Made by a program: the position numbers and the translations under genes. 35,172 nucleotides of DNA from Octopus bimaculoides (Eukaryota). Positions 24,047 to 35,172 of this stretch are shown in pieces. A model generated the notes under the pieces. The model searched no databases, was not told the DNA's origin, and saw only the letters and a list, made by a program, of their open reading frames with translations. The stretch is from contig NC_068983.1 in assembly GCF_001194135.2 (NCBI RefSeq), positions 69,264,869-69,300,040 of the forward strand. The letters are read 5' to 3'. Position 1 is the first letter of the stretch. Each line of letters begins with the position of its first letter.

Positions 24047-24509
24047 ATTGGGATATGTAACGAACTGCCTCAACAAGAACCTGGAAAAATTAGGGTTCTC
24101 AAAACCTGAAAGAAAAAGGCTGATTAGAAGACTACAGATTCAAACCATCAATGGAACTGTAAAGATATGTAAAGCTTTCCAAAAATTTAGCACATAAATA
24201 CATATGCATGCATCTAGACATGAAAATATATACATAAAAACGCATTCATAAAACAAACATACAAATCTGCGCATAAATACATATGCATACGCCTAGACAT
24301 GAAAATATATACATAAAAACACATCCATAAAACAAACATAGAAATCAGCGCATACACTAACACCAAAAACTGCACACACACACACATATGCACAAATACC
24401 TAGATGATGTTGATAAAAGTTCCAATGAAGGAGCCTTGAATCTATGTTAGAGTCCGGCTCTTTCTCTATGGACAAGAAATACAGAAATGAAACTGATTGA
24501 TAACATACA
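24046..24509 (+). mobile_element. 5'-truncated R4/Dong-like 3' end with a 3'UTR containing a 79-bp tandem duplication
   Basis: Reads LGYVTNCLNKNLEKLGFSKPERKRLIRRLQIQTINGTVKICKAFQKF*. UTR duplication at 24193-24271 / 24272-24350. Ends in ACATACAT, where the MITE begins. Confidence 0.85.
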
Positions 24510-24720
24510 TACGAGGGGTTATTGAAAAATTCTTGGCTTTAAGGATGTCGTGAAGGGCTTGGTTGGAGGCCCAACTTTCCGAGTTCTTTTTCGGATATGT
24601 AAGACCACTGCAATAAGCGTGCGAATCTAAGAGGGAAATATGTTGAATAAAATCATAATTAACTGATCTGCCTGTATTTTCTTTTACCCAAAGCCAGGAA
24701 TTTTTCAGCACTCACTCGTA
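24510..24720 (+). mobile_element. Mariner-derived MITE, copy 2 (211 bp including TA ends)
   Basis: ~31-bp TIRs: TACGAGGGGTTATTGAAAAATTCTTGGCTTT and AAAGCCAGGAATTTTTCAGCACTCACTCGTA. The interior resembles the last codons of a mariner transposase (AWLEAQ..., ...GGAAATATGTTGAATAA). Confidence 0.9.
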
Positions 24721-24755
24721 CATGCATATACACTCAGAGATATACAGACCCAGAC

Positions 24756-24876
<121 letters not shown>

Positions 24877-24901
24877 CATGCCTGCATGCATACATACATA
24901 C

Positions 24902-25048
24902 AGTCATCAATTTTAAACACAACCGGTCAGATATCATTATGTGGGACCACAAAAAAAGATTTGTGATGGATGCTTTCCCTTACAACCTTGCTATCAAGTA
25001 GGTGGCCGGTCAAAATTTACTCTAAAGTTAGAAAGAGGAAGAGAAGAA
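24902..25048 (+). mobile_element. Short internally deleted R4/Dong-like derivative (REL start fused to the 3'UTR)
   Basis: 24902-24968 (KHNRSDIIMWDHKK) matches 26658-26725. 24970-25048 matches 27020-27098. Flanked by (CATA)n on both sides. Confidence 0.85.
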
Positions 25049-25138
25049 CATACATACATACATACATACATACATACATACCTACCTACCTACATACATA
25101 CATACATACATACATACATACATACATACATACATACA
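25049..25138. repeat. (CATA)n/(CCTA)n microsatellite
   Basis: Directly visible. Confidence 0.95.
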
Positions 25139-25140
25139 CA

Positions 25141-27098
25141 CAATCTTTTCTTACGGGATCATCGCGTGACCAACAACATTATAACACCTGAGGGAGTTGG
25201 AGGAAAGAAAGAGCTGTGGAGCAGTATACAACAACTACTAATTAACAAAATGATCCAAAAAAAAAAGACAGAAAAAAATAGCAGGGACTTAACGGTTGTG
25301 TTGCTGGACTACCAGAAGTCTTGATAGTATACCATATAGACGGATTATCAAGGTTTTACAGTTAATCAAAGTTTCACAACCACTCGTGAGTGCTATTGAA
25401 TGCCTGTCTAAGACTTGATACACTACTTTGATCCTCAGAAGTGATAAGGAGCAGAGTGAGTCGGGTAGCATTCACTGTCAAAAAAGCATCTTTCGGGGTG
25501 GTAGCCTCTCGGTGTTACCCTTTGTCCTCTCATTAACTCCACTATCAAAACCTACTAACAAAACAGTGACCAGATAAATTAATCCAGAAGTATCTCCTAT
25601 CTTTTTTTTTTTTGTTGATGAATTGAAACTGAGTGGGCCAAACGTCAACCACATAAAAAAGAATTGGACCTTACAACTCAGTTTTATACAAACATTGGAT
25701 GAAATTTAATGAGTCCAAATGTGTATTTTTGACAATACAACACAGAAAAGTTGTGCCCTCCTCTGAAAACCTAAAAATGAACGGCTTGACCATACATCCT
25801 TTAGAGTTAGGTGGCAATTATAGGTATTTCGGACAAAATGAGAATGTCAGATATGATGGACCCATAAATAAGGAGAGAGGACCAGAAATGAATGCCTCCG
25901 GAAAGTAAAGAGAATATGGTCATCAGAACTCTCAGCTGACAACAAGCATCTTACTCACAACATCTTTGCATTGTCTGTCCTCCCGCCTACAGTTGGCCTT
26001 CAGAACTGGTCACGACAAGAACTCAGTGAGATAGATGTTCGAACTCAATGGAAATGTAGACAGGCTATAAATCTGTACTGATGTCATATGAAGCACGGAT
26101 TGTAACACCGAAACATCTGCAACAGAGGAAAGAGACCAGTAACTACCTTGCCCAAGTTTGTGTTCACGAAAGCAACAACATAAGTAGGATAGCTAATGAA
26201 TATGAGGAGACGTATGAAATAAGGGCTCTCCCCAAGGACCATTGGTAAAATCTATTTATCAGAAGAACAGGAAAACATGGTCCCGTTCACTGGCACGTAA
26301 AACACAAACTGTAAAATGGATTAATCATGTCAAAAGCTTGGCATGGAATACCGACAAGTTTATGACATCCTATGTTGAAAATTATATCCATGCAATCCAA
26401 GAACGAGAAATCCCCATCAAGTACCTACAGCATAAAAGGCAGAAAACGTTGACAGACAACAAATGTAGCGTGTGCCAGACCAAGACTGAAGACATCAACC
26501 ACATTATTGTCAGCTGTGAGAGAATGTCTTCTAGATATTATCTGACTATTACGGTCTGGAACAGGATAACAAAAAAAAAAAATACCTACAAACGACGTTG
26601 ACCATATTTAGACCGACACGTCAAAAGTATATTGGTGGAAGTTCAAAATTAAAAGGGTCACCAAGTCGAAACACAAGCGGTCATATATCATTGTGTAGGA
26701 TCACAAAGAAAAGATATGTTGTGGAAATCAGCTGCCCTCTGGACGCGAACGTGGTTGGAAAAATACAAGAGAAAGACGACATCTACGGACAATTATTAAG
26801 GTATTTGAAAATCTAGTACTCAAAGTATCCTTTCAGCTTCATAGCTATCATTTTGGAGCAACAAAATACATACCAACCCGTCGGGAGCAAAGTATGGCCG
26901 AACTTGGGATCTTGCTGGGAGAATGCAAATCCTTAATTCATATTCTACAAATCAACATATCTGGACCTATGCAAATCTGCAAGACCTTCTTAAGTTTTAA
27001 AGGATGATGGTTAAAACAAAATATCTTCCTTCACAGCTTTGCTATCAAGAAAGCGGCTGGTCAAAATTTACTCTGAATTTAGAAAGAAAAAGAGAACA

Positions 27099-27099
<1 letters not shown>
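25141..27099 (+). mobile_element. ~1.96 kb 5'-truncated R4/Dong-like retrotransposon (RT, zinc knuckle, REL, 3'UTR), pseudogenised
   Basis: Motifs in order: GVGGKKELWSSIQQLLINK, LLDYQKS, IFRGGSLS, FFVDELK, IGMKFNESKC, NYRYFG, KRIWSSELSADNK, HAIQEREIPIKYLQHKR..KCSVC..EDINHIIVSC, VVEISCPLDANVVGKIQEKDDIYG, and QICKTFLSF before the stop near 27005. Followed by a (TACA)n tail. Confidence 0.93.

Positions 27100-27157
<58 letters not shown>
27100..27157. repeat. (TACA)n tail or target tract
   Basis: Directly visible, immediately after the 3'UTR. Confidence 0.95.
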
Positions 27158-27160
<3 letters not shown>

Positions 27161-27399
27161 GGTGAAAGCCACTCGTGACCATGCAAAACCATTTTCTAAA
27201 CTTACTAAGTCTGTGCAAACGTTCCGTGAGTGCAAGAGTACATGAATTTTTTGTGAATGAATAAAGTATTGTGCAGAACTGAAACAACTTTTCAACGCAA
27301 TCGGCTATAAAACCAGTGAAACATCGAAGGTTGAGACGACCAGAAATGAATTGCCCGTCAGTATTAAATGTATAAGGGTTGAAAGTTAAATGCAATTCA

Positions 27400-27660
27400 A
27401 ATAAACTGGACCTTGAGAGATTATACTTCCAGGCTCACAATCAGCGTATGTCCTGAGCATAGACACGAGTAGTGATGCAAACTTCCATGTGCATATCACT
27501 AAATTGGCGATGAAATGCAGACAGCTGACTAGACAGATACTTAGAACTTTCAGAACAAGAGAGCAGGAAACGATGATAATCTTCTGAAAGACATTGGTTC
27601 TAAGCTGTTTTGACTATTTCTCCCTGGCTATGGTCATCACACAGTATGAAATTAGTGTTT
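27400..27660 (+). mobile_element. CR1-like RT C-terminal fragment
   Basis: SQSAYVLSIDTSSDANFHVHITKLAMKCRQLTRQILRTFRTREQETMIIF*KTLVLSCFDY (cf. RDLGIxMSxDxxFxxHI...WILRTFxTR...LVLSxxDYCSxLW). Confidence 0.75.
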
Positions 27661-27739
27661 GTACGTATGTATGTACATATTTGTATATATGTAAATAGAA
27701 TATATATATATGTAAATAGAATATATATATATGTAAATA

Positions 27740-27787
<48 letters not shown>

Positions 27788-28265
27788 CCAATTATGTATC
27801 ATACTAAATGTGAATACATCTTTGAAAGGCAAATTTACTGCGATATTCATCCAGAGGTAATATCTTTTATGGTCTTGTTGTGCTTAAAGACACAATATAT
27901 ATTGGAGAGAGATAAAAATCGTCACATCAGCGTTTAGTTAAATTTGACCTTCAATGAAATATTTATGTAGCAGCTATGATAAATAGAAGATTATATTAAT
28001 TTAATACTACCTCTATTCCACATGGCATATATATATATATATAGCATTTCTGGACACTATTGACAATTGTAATCACTTGCCATGCGAAACTCGAGCGGTC
28101 CGTCACTCTTTGACATAATGAACATGCATTTAAACTTTTCTCCAAGCATTTAATTGTATATCGGATAAAATTTGCGCACTTATATATATATATAATCATA
28201 AATATACAGGGATTAGCATTGAGTTGCTTCTCCAAAACATACTGAAAATTTAGAAATAGCAGTCA

Positions 28266-28479
28266 AAGAACCACTGATTCTAAACTACAAATTTTTCTCT
28301 AAACGGATGGCGATATTTATGGCACACATAGAACAAAAAACCGGAGGGAAAAGCGTAAACAAAACAAGTCTTTAGTTTTGTTTTGTTTACGCTTTTCCCT
28401 CCGGTTTTTTGTTCTATGTGTGCCATAAATATCGCCATCCGTTTAGAGAAAAATTTGTAGTTTAGAATCAGTAGTTCTT
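28266..28479. repeat. Near-perfect inverted repeat with 102-bp arms and a 10-nt spacer, abutting an assembly gap
   Basis: 28266-28367 versus 28378-28479, with one mismatch seen near the outer end. Confidence 0.93.
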
Positions 28480-29144
28480 NNNNNNNNNNNNNNNNNNNNN
28501 NNNNNNNNNNNNNNNNNNNNNNNNNNNNNNNNNNNNNNNNNNNNNNNNNNNNNNNNNNNNNNNNNNNNNNNNNNNNNNNNNNNNNNNNNNNNNNNNNNNN
28601 NNNNNNNNNNNNNNNNNNNNNNNNNNNNNNNNNNNNNNNNNNNNNNNNNNNNNNNNNNNNNNNNNNNNNNNNNNNNNNNNNNNNNNNNNNNNNNNNNNNN
28701 NNNNNNNNNNNNNNNNNNNNNNNNNNNNNNNNNNNNNNNNNNNNNNNNNNNNNNNNNNNNNNNNNNNNNNNNNNNNNNNNNNNNNNNNNNNNNNNNNNNN
28801 NNNNNNNNNNNNNNNNNNNNNNNNNNNNNNNNNNNNNNNNNNNNNNNNNNNNNNNNNNNNNNNNNNNNNNNNNNNNNNNNNNNNNNNNNNNNNNNNNNNN
28901 NNNNNNNNNNNNNNNNNNNNNNNNNNNNNNNNNNNNNNNNNNNNNNNNNNNNNNNNNNNNNNNNNNNNNNNNNNNNNNNNNNNNNNNNNNNNNNNNNNNN
29001 NNNNNNNNNNNNNNNNNNNNNNNNNNNNNNNNNNNNNNNNNNNNNNNNNNNNNNNNNNNNNNNNNNNNNNNNNNNNNNNNNNNNNNNNNNNNNNNNNNNN
29101 NNNNNAGAGAGAGAGAGAGAGAGAGAGAAAGAAAGAGAGAGAGA

Positions 29145-30409
29145 TACAATGGTTGAACGACATGATGGAAATACCACCTTCCATTTGGATATATTTTTCT
29201 ATTCGTAATATGAGAAATTCATACTGTTCTGATCAGTATATATATTTTCATATGCGTTATGTATACTTTGCCTTGTAGCTTCATGATATAGCCCTGTTTT
29301 CTTTTCCAGATATATTTGAATAAGTTAAAATGCATGACCTGTATGATTTTCGGAGAGGGTAAATTGTTGAGAGCGCAGATGGCTGGACTTTCAGTCATTA
29401 AAACCTTTGGACTGTGCATTGTTTCGAGAGCGACTATCTCTAAAATCATGTCTGAATTCCCAAATGAAGGTGAAGGTAACTGTGGAAAGCATAACTCTGG
29501 ATGAACGGCAAAGTGCACAGAGAAGGGTTTCATAATATTGGAACGTATTGTGTATTGTGACTAAAAATCATCGAATTACGGTAGCAAATTGACAGCAGAG
29601 CTAAATCACACATTGCCAACCTTATGTCAACTAAAACCGTTTGTCGTGAGCTCCTTAAAGCTGGTTACTATGGAAGTACTGCAATTGTTAAACCTCTCCT
29701 GTCTCCCATCAACCCTGATACGCAGGTAAAAAAGGTGTCTTGAAGGTGTCAGTGGCTCAGTAGAAGAATATCATCTCTGATCAATCATCATTTGCCGTTT
29801 TTCCCACTTCAGGGTGAGTTTATGTCTGGATACACCCCCAAAGAAGCCTTCAGTTCCGATTCTTTGGCCCCCTACCATGAAATATAAAGGTCACTCTGTG
29901 ATGATTTGGGTGACTGTATCATGAGCTTTTCTTGGCCCTTAAGTTTTTCTATATGATAGAGTTAACACCAAGAATCATTTGCATCTTTTGGCTGATCATG
30001 TCTATCCTATGGTAAAGCATTGTTCTTTGATGGTAGCTCAATCTTCCAGGACAACATTGCGGTGATTTACACGGCTAATGACATACAAAATTGATACGAT
30101 GTCCACAAGAGTTTTGTAGAGCACTTAGATTGGTCCCCATAATCACAGGATCTCCATATAATCGAACAATTATGGTGCATTTTAGAGCTTCAGTTGAAAA
30201 ATCACTTTCCTCCATCATCGTCGCCGAAAGAGCTAAGGAGGTTTTACTTGAAAAGTGGCTCAAAATTCCTCAACAAGCGTTCAAAACCTGTATACATCAA
30301 TTCCATGATGTATTAAAGGTGTGACTGATGCCAAAGTGAACCAATCCTGTATCAAATAATAAACCTTCCATTTAACAAGGTATTTCCATCATTTTGTCCA
30401 ACCTCTGAA
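29145..30409 (+). mobile_element. Near full-length decayed Tc1-like DD34E transposon (~1.26 kb)
   Basis: TIRs TACAATGGTTGAACGACATGATGGAAATACC and inverted TTCAGAGGTTGGACAAAATGATGGAAATACC. Motifs: MAGLSVIKT..VSRATISKIM..KHNSG, VSTKTVCRELLKAGYYG, ISDQSSF..PTSG*VYVW, IFQDNIA, WSP*SQDLHIIEQLW. Confidence 0.92.
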
Positions 30410-31018
30410 TGTAGGTGTATATATGTACATACATGCATGCATACATACATACATGCATACTTTCATACATACATACATACATACATACATACATACATAC
30501 ATACATGCATACATGCATAATACATATATACAGACATATATACACGCACACATGCACACACACACACACACTAGCCATCACAACTTGTTATAATACCATA
30601 CACAAAATAACTAGAGAAATTGTAGGTAGTACTTTAGAATTCCACTAAAAATAAGTTTAAGCATGAAAGCTTGATAACAGTAAAATACAAACATTATCAT
30701 TATTTCGCAAATACGCTACAAGCTAATAAACCATTACATTAACTGATGCTCATTTATACTTTTTTTAAATCTGGCGCGGAAGATTATATGGTTTATAATA
30801 GTATTCTCATGAATCATTGCGGCCTACTACAAAGTGTGTGAATAACCATCACTTCATTCTGATGATGAGTTCTTGGAACGTCTATAGACTAATAGGTTCA
30901 GAAACACTATTGTTCCAAACTTAAATATAAAGTAAACATTGAAAATATCTTAATCAAAAACTATACTCAAATATGATCATGTCGTTAATATAACGAAACC
31001 ACAGACATAAACTTGCAC

Positions 31019-31071
<53 letters not shown>

Positions 31072-31609
31072 NNNNNNNNNNNNNNNNNNNNNNNNNNNNN
31101 NNNNNNNNNNNNNNNNNNNNNNNNNNNNNNNNNNNNNNNNNNNNNNNNNNNNNNNNNNNNNNNNNNNNNNNNNNNNNNNNNNNNNNNNNNNNNNNNNNNN
31201 NNNNNNNNNNNNNNNNNNNNNNNNNNNNNNNNNNNNNNNNNNNNNNNNNNNNNNNNNNNNNNNNNNNNNNNNNNNNNNNNNNNNNNNNNNNNNNNNNNNN
31301 NNNNNNNNNNNNNNNNNNNNNNNNNNNNNNNNNNNNNNNNNNNNNNNNNNNNNNNNNNNNNNNNNNNNNNNNNNNNNNNNNNNNNNNNNNNNNNNNNNNN
31401 NNNNNNNNNNNNNNNNNNNNNNNNNNNNNNNTATATATATATATAAAGCATGTAGATACACACTCACACATTATATATATATATAATATTAGGGATAAAA
31501 TCCAAAATTACAGATAAAAACTCAATTTGCGTGTCGATGAGTTCATGAACCTTGGTTCTTTTCCCTAAAACCATATGTGTGTGTGTGTGTGTGTGCTCTG
31601 TTCTTGTTT

Positions 31610-31832
31610 CAAAAGCACGAAATGGGATCTGTTGGACCTATTGGAACGAGCAACCCGATATCTCTCAGATAGTCATATATATCTTTAAAAAACGGGAGGT
31701 CATTTTAGATGTTGTTGTTGCAGATACATTATGCCTGAAAAAAATATATATAATCACGGCAAGAATTTCGTAATAGGTTTACTGTGTCAGGGGTAACTTG
31801 GGGGTGAAAACAACATCAACAACAATACATAT
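31610..31832 (+). mobile_element. Diverged retroposon 3' region ending in a (CAA)n-like tail
   Basis: Ends GGGGGTGAAAACAACATCAACAACAA. Weak similarity to 34210-34425(-). The family link is partly recollection. Confidence 0.4.
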
Positions 31833-32039
31833 CCAGTAGTGTTTCAGCAAAAATGTGTGTGTATGTGTGGGTGTTAGTATATGGTTGTATAGCTAAAATG
31901 GAAGCATTTGTGTTTGTGTATTGAATAAATTAATGCAACATAAACTTATGAAACTAGAAACTAAAGAGAATTGTTACCTGAGGTGTGTTTAAATTCACAC
32001 AGGTCAGCGATCATAGAAAAGTGTCTTCCTGTTTTCATC

Positions 32040-33690
32040 TTTTGGTGCTAAATAGTAACTTCTTTCTGAGTGATAAGACAAGTAAACAGAGTGGGTGAAT
32101 GGCTAAGAAAGACAGACAGATAGATAAATAGATAGACAGATAGATAGATAGATAGATTGTAGGGAAGGAGAAAACAAAAGAGGGGGAGAGAAAGAAGAGT
32201 TGGTGGACGTAAAAGAGGAGTATGAGAAGGAGGATGGGGCATAGAAGGAGTAAAGAAAGGAGAAGGAGGAAGGGGTATATGTCAGATGTTAATGTCAGAA
32301 GAAAGGGAGTATCAAAGGATACAAAGAGTACAGAAAATCGAGAAGAGAGAAGAGAGGTCATAACAGACGAATTGAGAAGAGAGGAGACGAAAACAATGAA
32401 AGAGAAGAGAGAGATCACAGAAGTCAGAAAAGAGAATAGAGAGGAAGAAAAGCAGAAAAGACATAGAGGATGTGGAATAGAATAAATGAACAGATGGCAT
32501 AGTAGACATGATAGAGAAGACAGAGGGGAGAAAAGATCTAAGATTTGAGAAGTTTTTGAGAAAAGATGAGAAGCCAGTAGCTGGGCAATAGAAGTTAGAT
32601 GGCAGAAAGTGACAGACAAATGACAGAGGACAAAAGACAGGATAGAAGATGGGGGACAGATTATGATACACAGAAAATAAACGGGAAAGAATACGGGACA
32701 CAGAAGATAGGTGATGAAGATGGCATACAGAAAAGACGGGACAAAATATTGGGCACAAAATTCAGAGGGCAGACGATTGGATACAGAATATAAAGTATAC
32801 ATGGGACATGGAAGAGAAAAGATAGAATATAGATTAGAGAGGATGTGGTAGAGAAAAGATGAGAAGAAGAAAGAGCAAGGAGACTAGACATCTGAGTTAG
32901 AAAATTAGGGAAAAGAGATAAAACTATGATTGTAAAGGGCAAGAGAGTCTCATGAATAGAAAAGTAGACATAAGACAAAGACAGGAATTAGAATATTGTG
33001 AACAGAGGAAAGGTAAAAGAGCAGTTGACTACAGAGGTAGAGTAACAGAAAAGTTGTGGGTGGGAGACAACATTTAAGAGCAGAGATGAAAGAAAAGAGA
33101 TGGAGTAACAAGAGGAGAACATGGAAAGAAGAGAGAAGTAGGAGAAGAAGACACAAGAAAACATGTGTGAAAGAGAGCATAAGATGGAGAAAGAAGAATG
33201 AAGTTGGCAAGTCGGAAGGGAATCGAAGATAGAATAAGGTAGACACGAGAAACGAAGACAGCACAAAACTAGGGAGATAATAGATGAAAAGAGAATATTT
33301 ATAATTAGAACAGAGAACAAATGACAGAGAAAGGTAGAAGACAAAGAGAAGAGAGAGAAGGTGAAAGATAAATGAAGGAAGAGGGGAAAAGAAAAAAAAT
33401 AGACTAGGAGTTACAGAAAGAGAAGTGAAGAGAGAAGAGAGTATAACAGAAGACAGAAAAGGGAGGAAAAAATAGTGAAGGCAGAAAAAAAAAAAAGAGA
33501 TGGAAGACGACAGTCGGTAGCAGAGAGATGGGAGACGAGAATCGGATGAAGACGGTATAATAGAAGAGGAAAAAATGAAAAAAGAGTCAGAAACAGAAGA
33601 GGAAGTGAACAAAGAAAAGAAGAAGATAAAAAAGAGAGAAAGAAAGAAGATAAATTATTTAAGATGCTACGAAAGGGAAGCGTCCTTGTC
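32040..33690. repeat. ~1.65 kb purine-rich (GA-rich) low-complexity tract
   Basis: The plus strand is dominated by A/G with few C, and includes degenerate AGAT, GAGA and GAA motifs. Confidence 0.9.
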
Positions 33691-33829
33691 AACTAACTCC
33701 AGTTGATCTGACAGCATAGAGCGATTGCTGCCAGTTCAACAAATACATCTTTAGTGCAAGGAGTGCATTAAAGATGTATTTCCTCCTGACAACACACACT
33801 CTTTGCTGATTGGCTGACATTCACTGCTG

Positions 33830-34240
33830 GTAGTCAGAGAAGTGGTAGTAGTGATGGTGGTGGTGGTGGTGGTGGTAGTAATGGCGGTGAGTGGTAGCAG
33901 TAAAGGTGATGGTAGTGCTGTTGATGAGGTTCCTTATGATGTGGTGGAGGTGAAGGCTGTCGTGGTTCTTGTAGTATAGTGATGGTGGAGGAGGTGATGG
34001 TAACGGTGGTGGCAGTGGTGGTAGTGGTAGTCATGGTAGTGGACTGATACTGTTAGTGTGTCTTATTTGTGGTAGCGGTTGTAGGCTGGCTGTGGTCGTG
34101 ATGGTACTGCTGAACGTGGTCATTTTCTACTCAACTGGTAGTAGTTGTAGAAGAGATTTCTCGGTAGCAGTAGTTGTGGTGGTGGTGGTGGTGGTGGCGG
34201 CGGAATTATATTGTTGTTGTTGTTGTTGTTGTTGATATTG
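33830..34240. repeat. Degenerate (GGT)n/(GTA)n/(GTT)n trinucleotide region
   Basis: Directly visible. Confidence 0.9.
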
Positions 34241-34425
34241 TTTAATCCAGGTTAGTTCTGACTGAGTGGAGTAACGACCAAAGATCATTTCGGCCGTGGC
34301 CATCCCGGGCTTGTTTCAAATATAAGATGTCTTGGACTGCATAACGTAACGTCTCCTTCATTTACATAGGTATCATTCGAGGGGATATTTCTAGCACATC
34401 GAGCCACCGCATAGAGGTTTCCTCG
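34210..34425 (-). mobile_element. Retroposon 3' region with a (CAA)n tail, antisense
   Basis: The minus strand ends CTAACCTGGATTAAACAATATCAACAACAACAAC. Probably the same family as 31610-31832. Confidence 0.45.
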
Positions 34426-35010
34426 TTGAATCTTTGTTGCTGTGGGTAGTGGTAAAGTTGGTGGCAATAATCTGAATGAAATATAAGGGTGTTGTAGGAG
34501 GTGAGACGAAACAGGAGGAAATATGACGGAATGGTAGAATGGTGTTGGTGGCGGTGATAGAAAGACTGGAAGAATAGTGGAAAAAGAAAAGAAAAAAGAA
34601 GGAAAAGGAGGGAAAGAGGTAAGGTAAAAGTAAAATATAGAATAAACTGAAAAAAAAAAACATGAAAGAAAATATATAATGGATAGGAGGTGGTTAGATG
34701 AAAGAAAAATGGAAAAAGAAACAAATGAAAAAAAGATTTTTAAAATGCAAGAAAGTTACATATATGAATAGGTACATAGATGGAAAGAAAGCCCCTTGTA
34801 GCCCCTTGTAGGCAGTAAAGAAATAAGATGTAAAGAAAGATAATAGGTAGGTAGGTAAATAGATAGATAGATAGATAGATAGATGACACACTAACAAATC
34901 ATTTTATACATATACACATATAAACATACATATATGTGTGTGTGTATGCGCATATATATATGCACGTAAATACATACACACATAAATACGTGTGTATCGA
35001 TATCTGACTG

Positions 35011-35065
<55 letters not shown>

Positions 35066-35067
35066 CC

Positions 35068-35106
<39 letters not shown>

Positions 35107-35172
35107 CGCATATATATGTCTGAGTGTGTATGTGTATATATATATATTTATATAAATATATATATATATATA

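Noticed and set aside
28030-28165. Possible minus-strand exon (CANFIRYTIKCLEKSLNACSLCQRVTDRSSFAWQ) with AG/GT edges
   Set aside because: No recognisable domain, weak splice context (the acceptor lies in a TA repeat) and no partner exons found.
32035-33692. Minus-strand ORFs of 220-255 aa rich in F/L/S, resembling membrane proteins
   Set aside because: The pyrimidine-rich strand cannot easily form stop codons. Overlapping ORFs occur in several frames and show no domain signal.

Overview
Eukaryotic, AT-rich, microsatellite-dense, non-genic window. About 3.9 kb is assembly gaps, mostly flanked by (TA)n. The SINE and LINE repertoire resembles octopus genomic DNA; this is my recollection and I have not checked it against a database. 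I found no supported host exon, RNA gene or intact ORF, and nearly all ORF-track entries are artefacts of microsatellites, N runs or purine tracts. The interpretable content is decayed transposons: at least eight fragments of R4/Dong-like non-LTR retrotransposons (RT plus restriction-like endonuclease, REL) from two lineages, two CR1/L2-like RT remnants, two mariners, one Tc1, two copies of a ~210 bp mariner deletion derivative, and several tRNA-derived SINE families. The most notable structure is at 22.7-27.2 kb, where four same-strand R4/Dong-like fragments lie head-to-tail, separated by (TACA)n tracts. This suggests an element that targets (TACA)n. A second lineage abuts an (AAT)n tract. 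Family calls come from manual translation and motif recognition, and boundaries are approximate to tens of bases unless terminal repeats define them.
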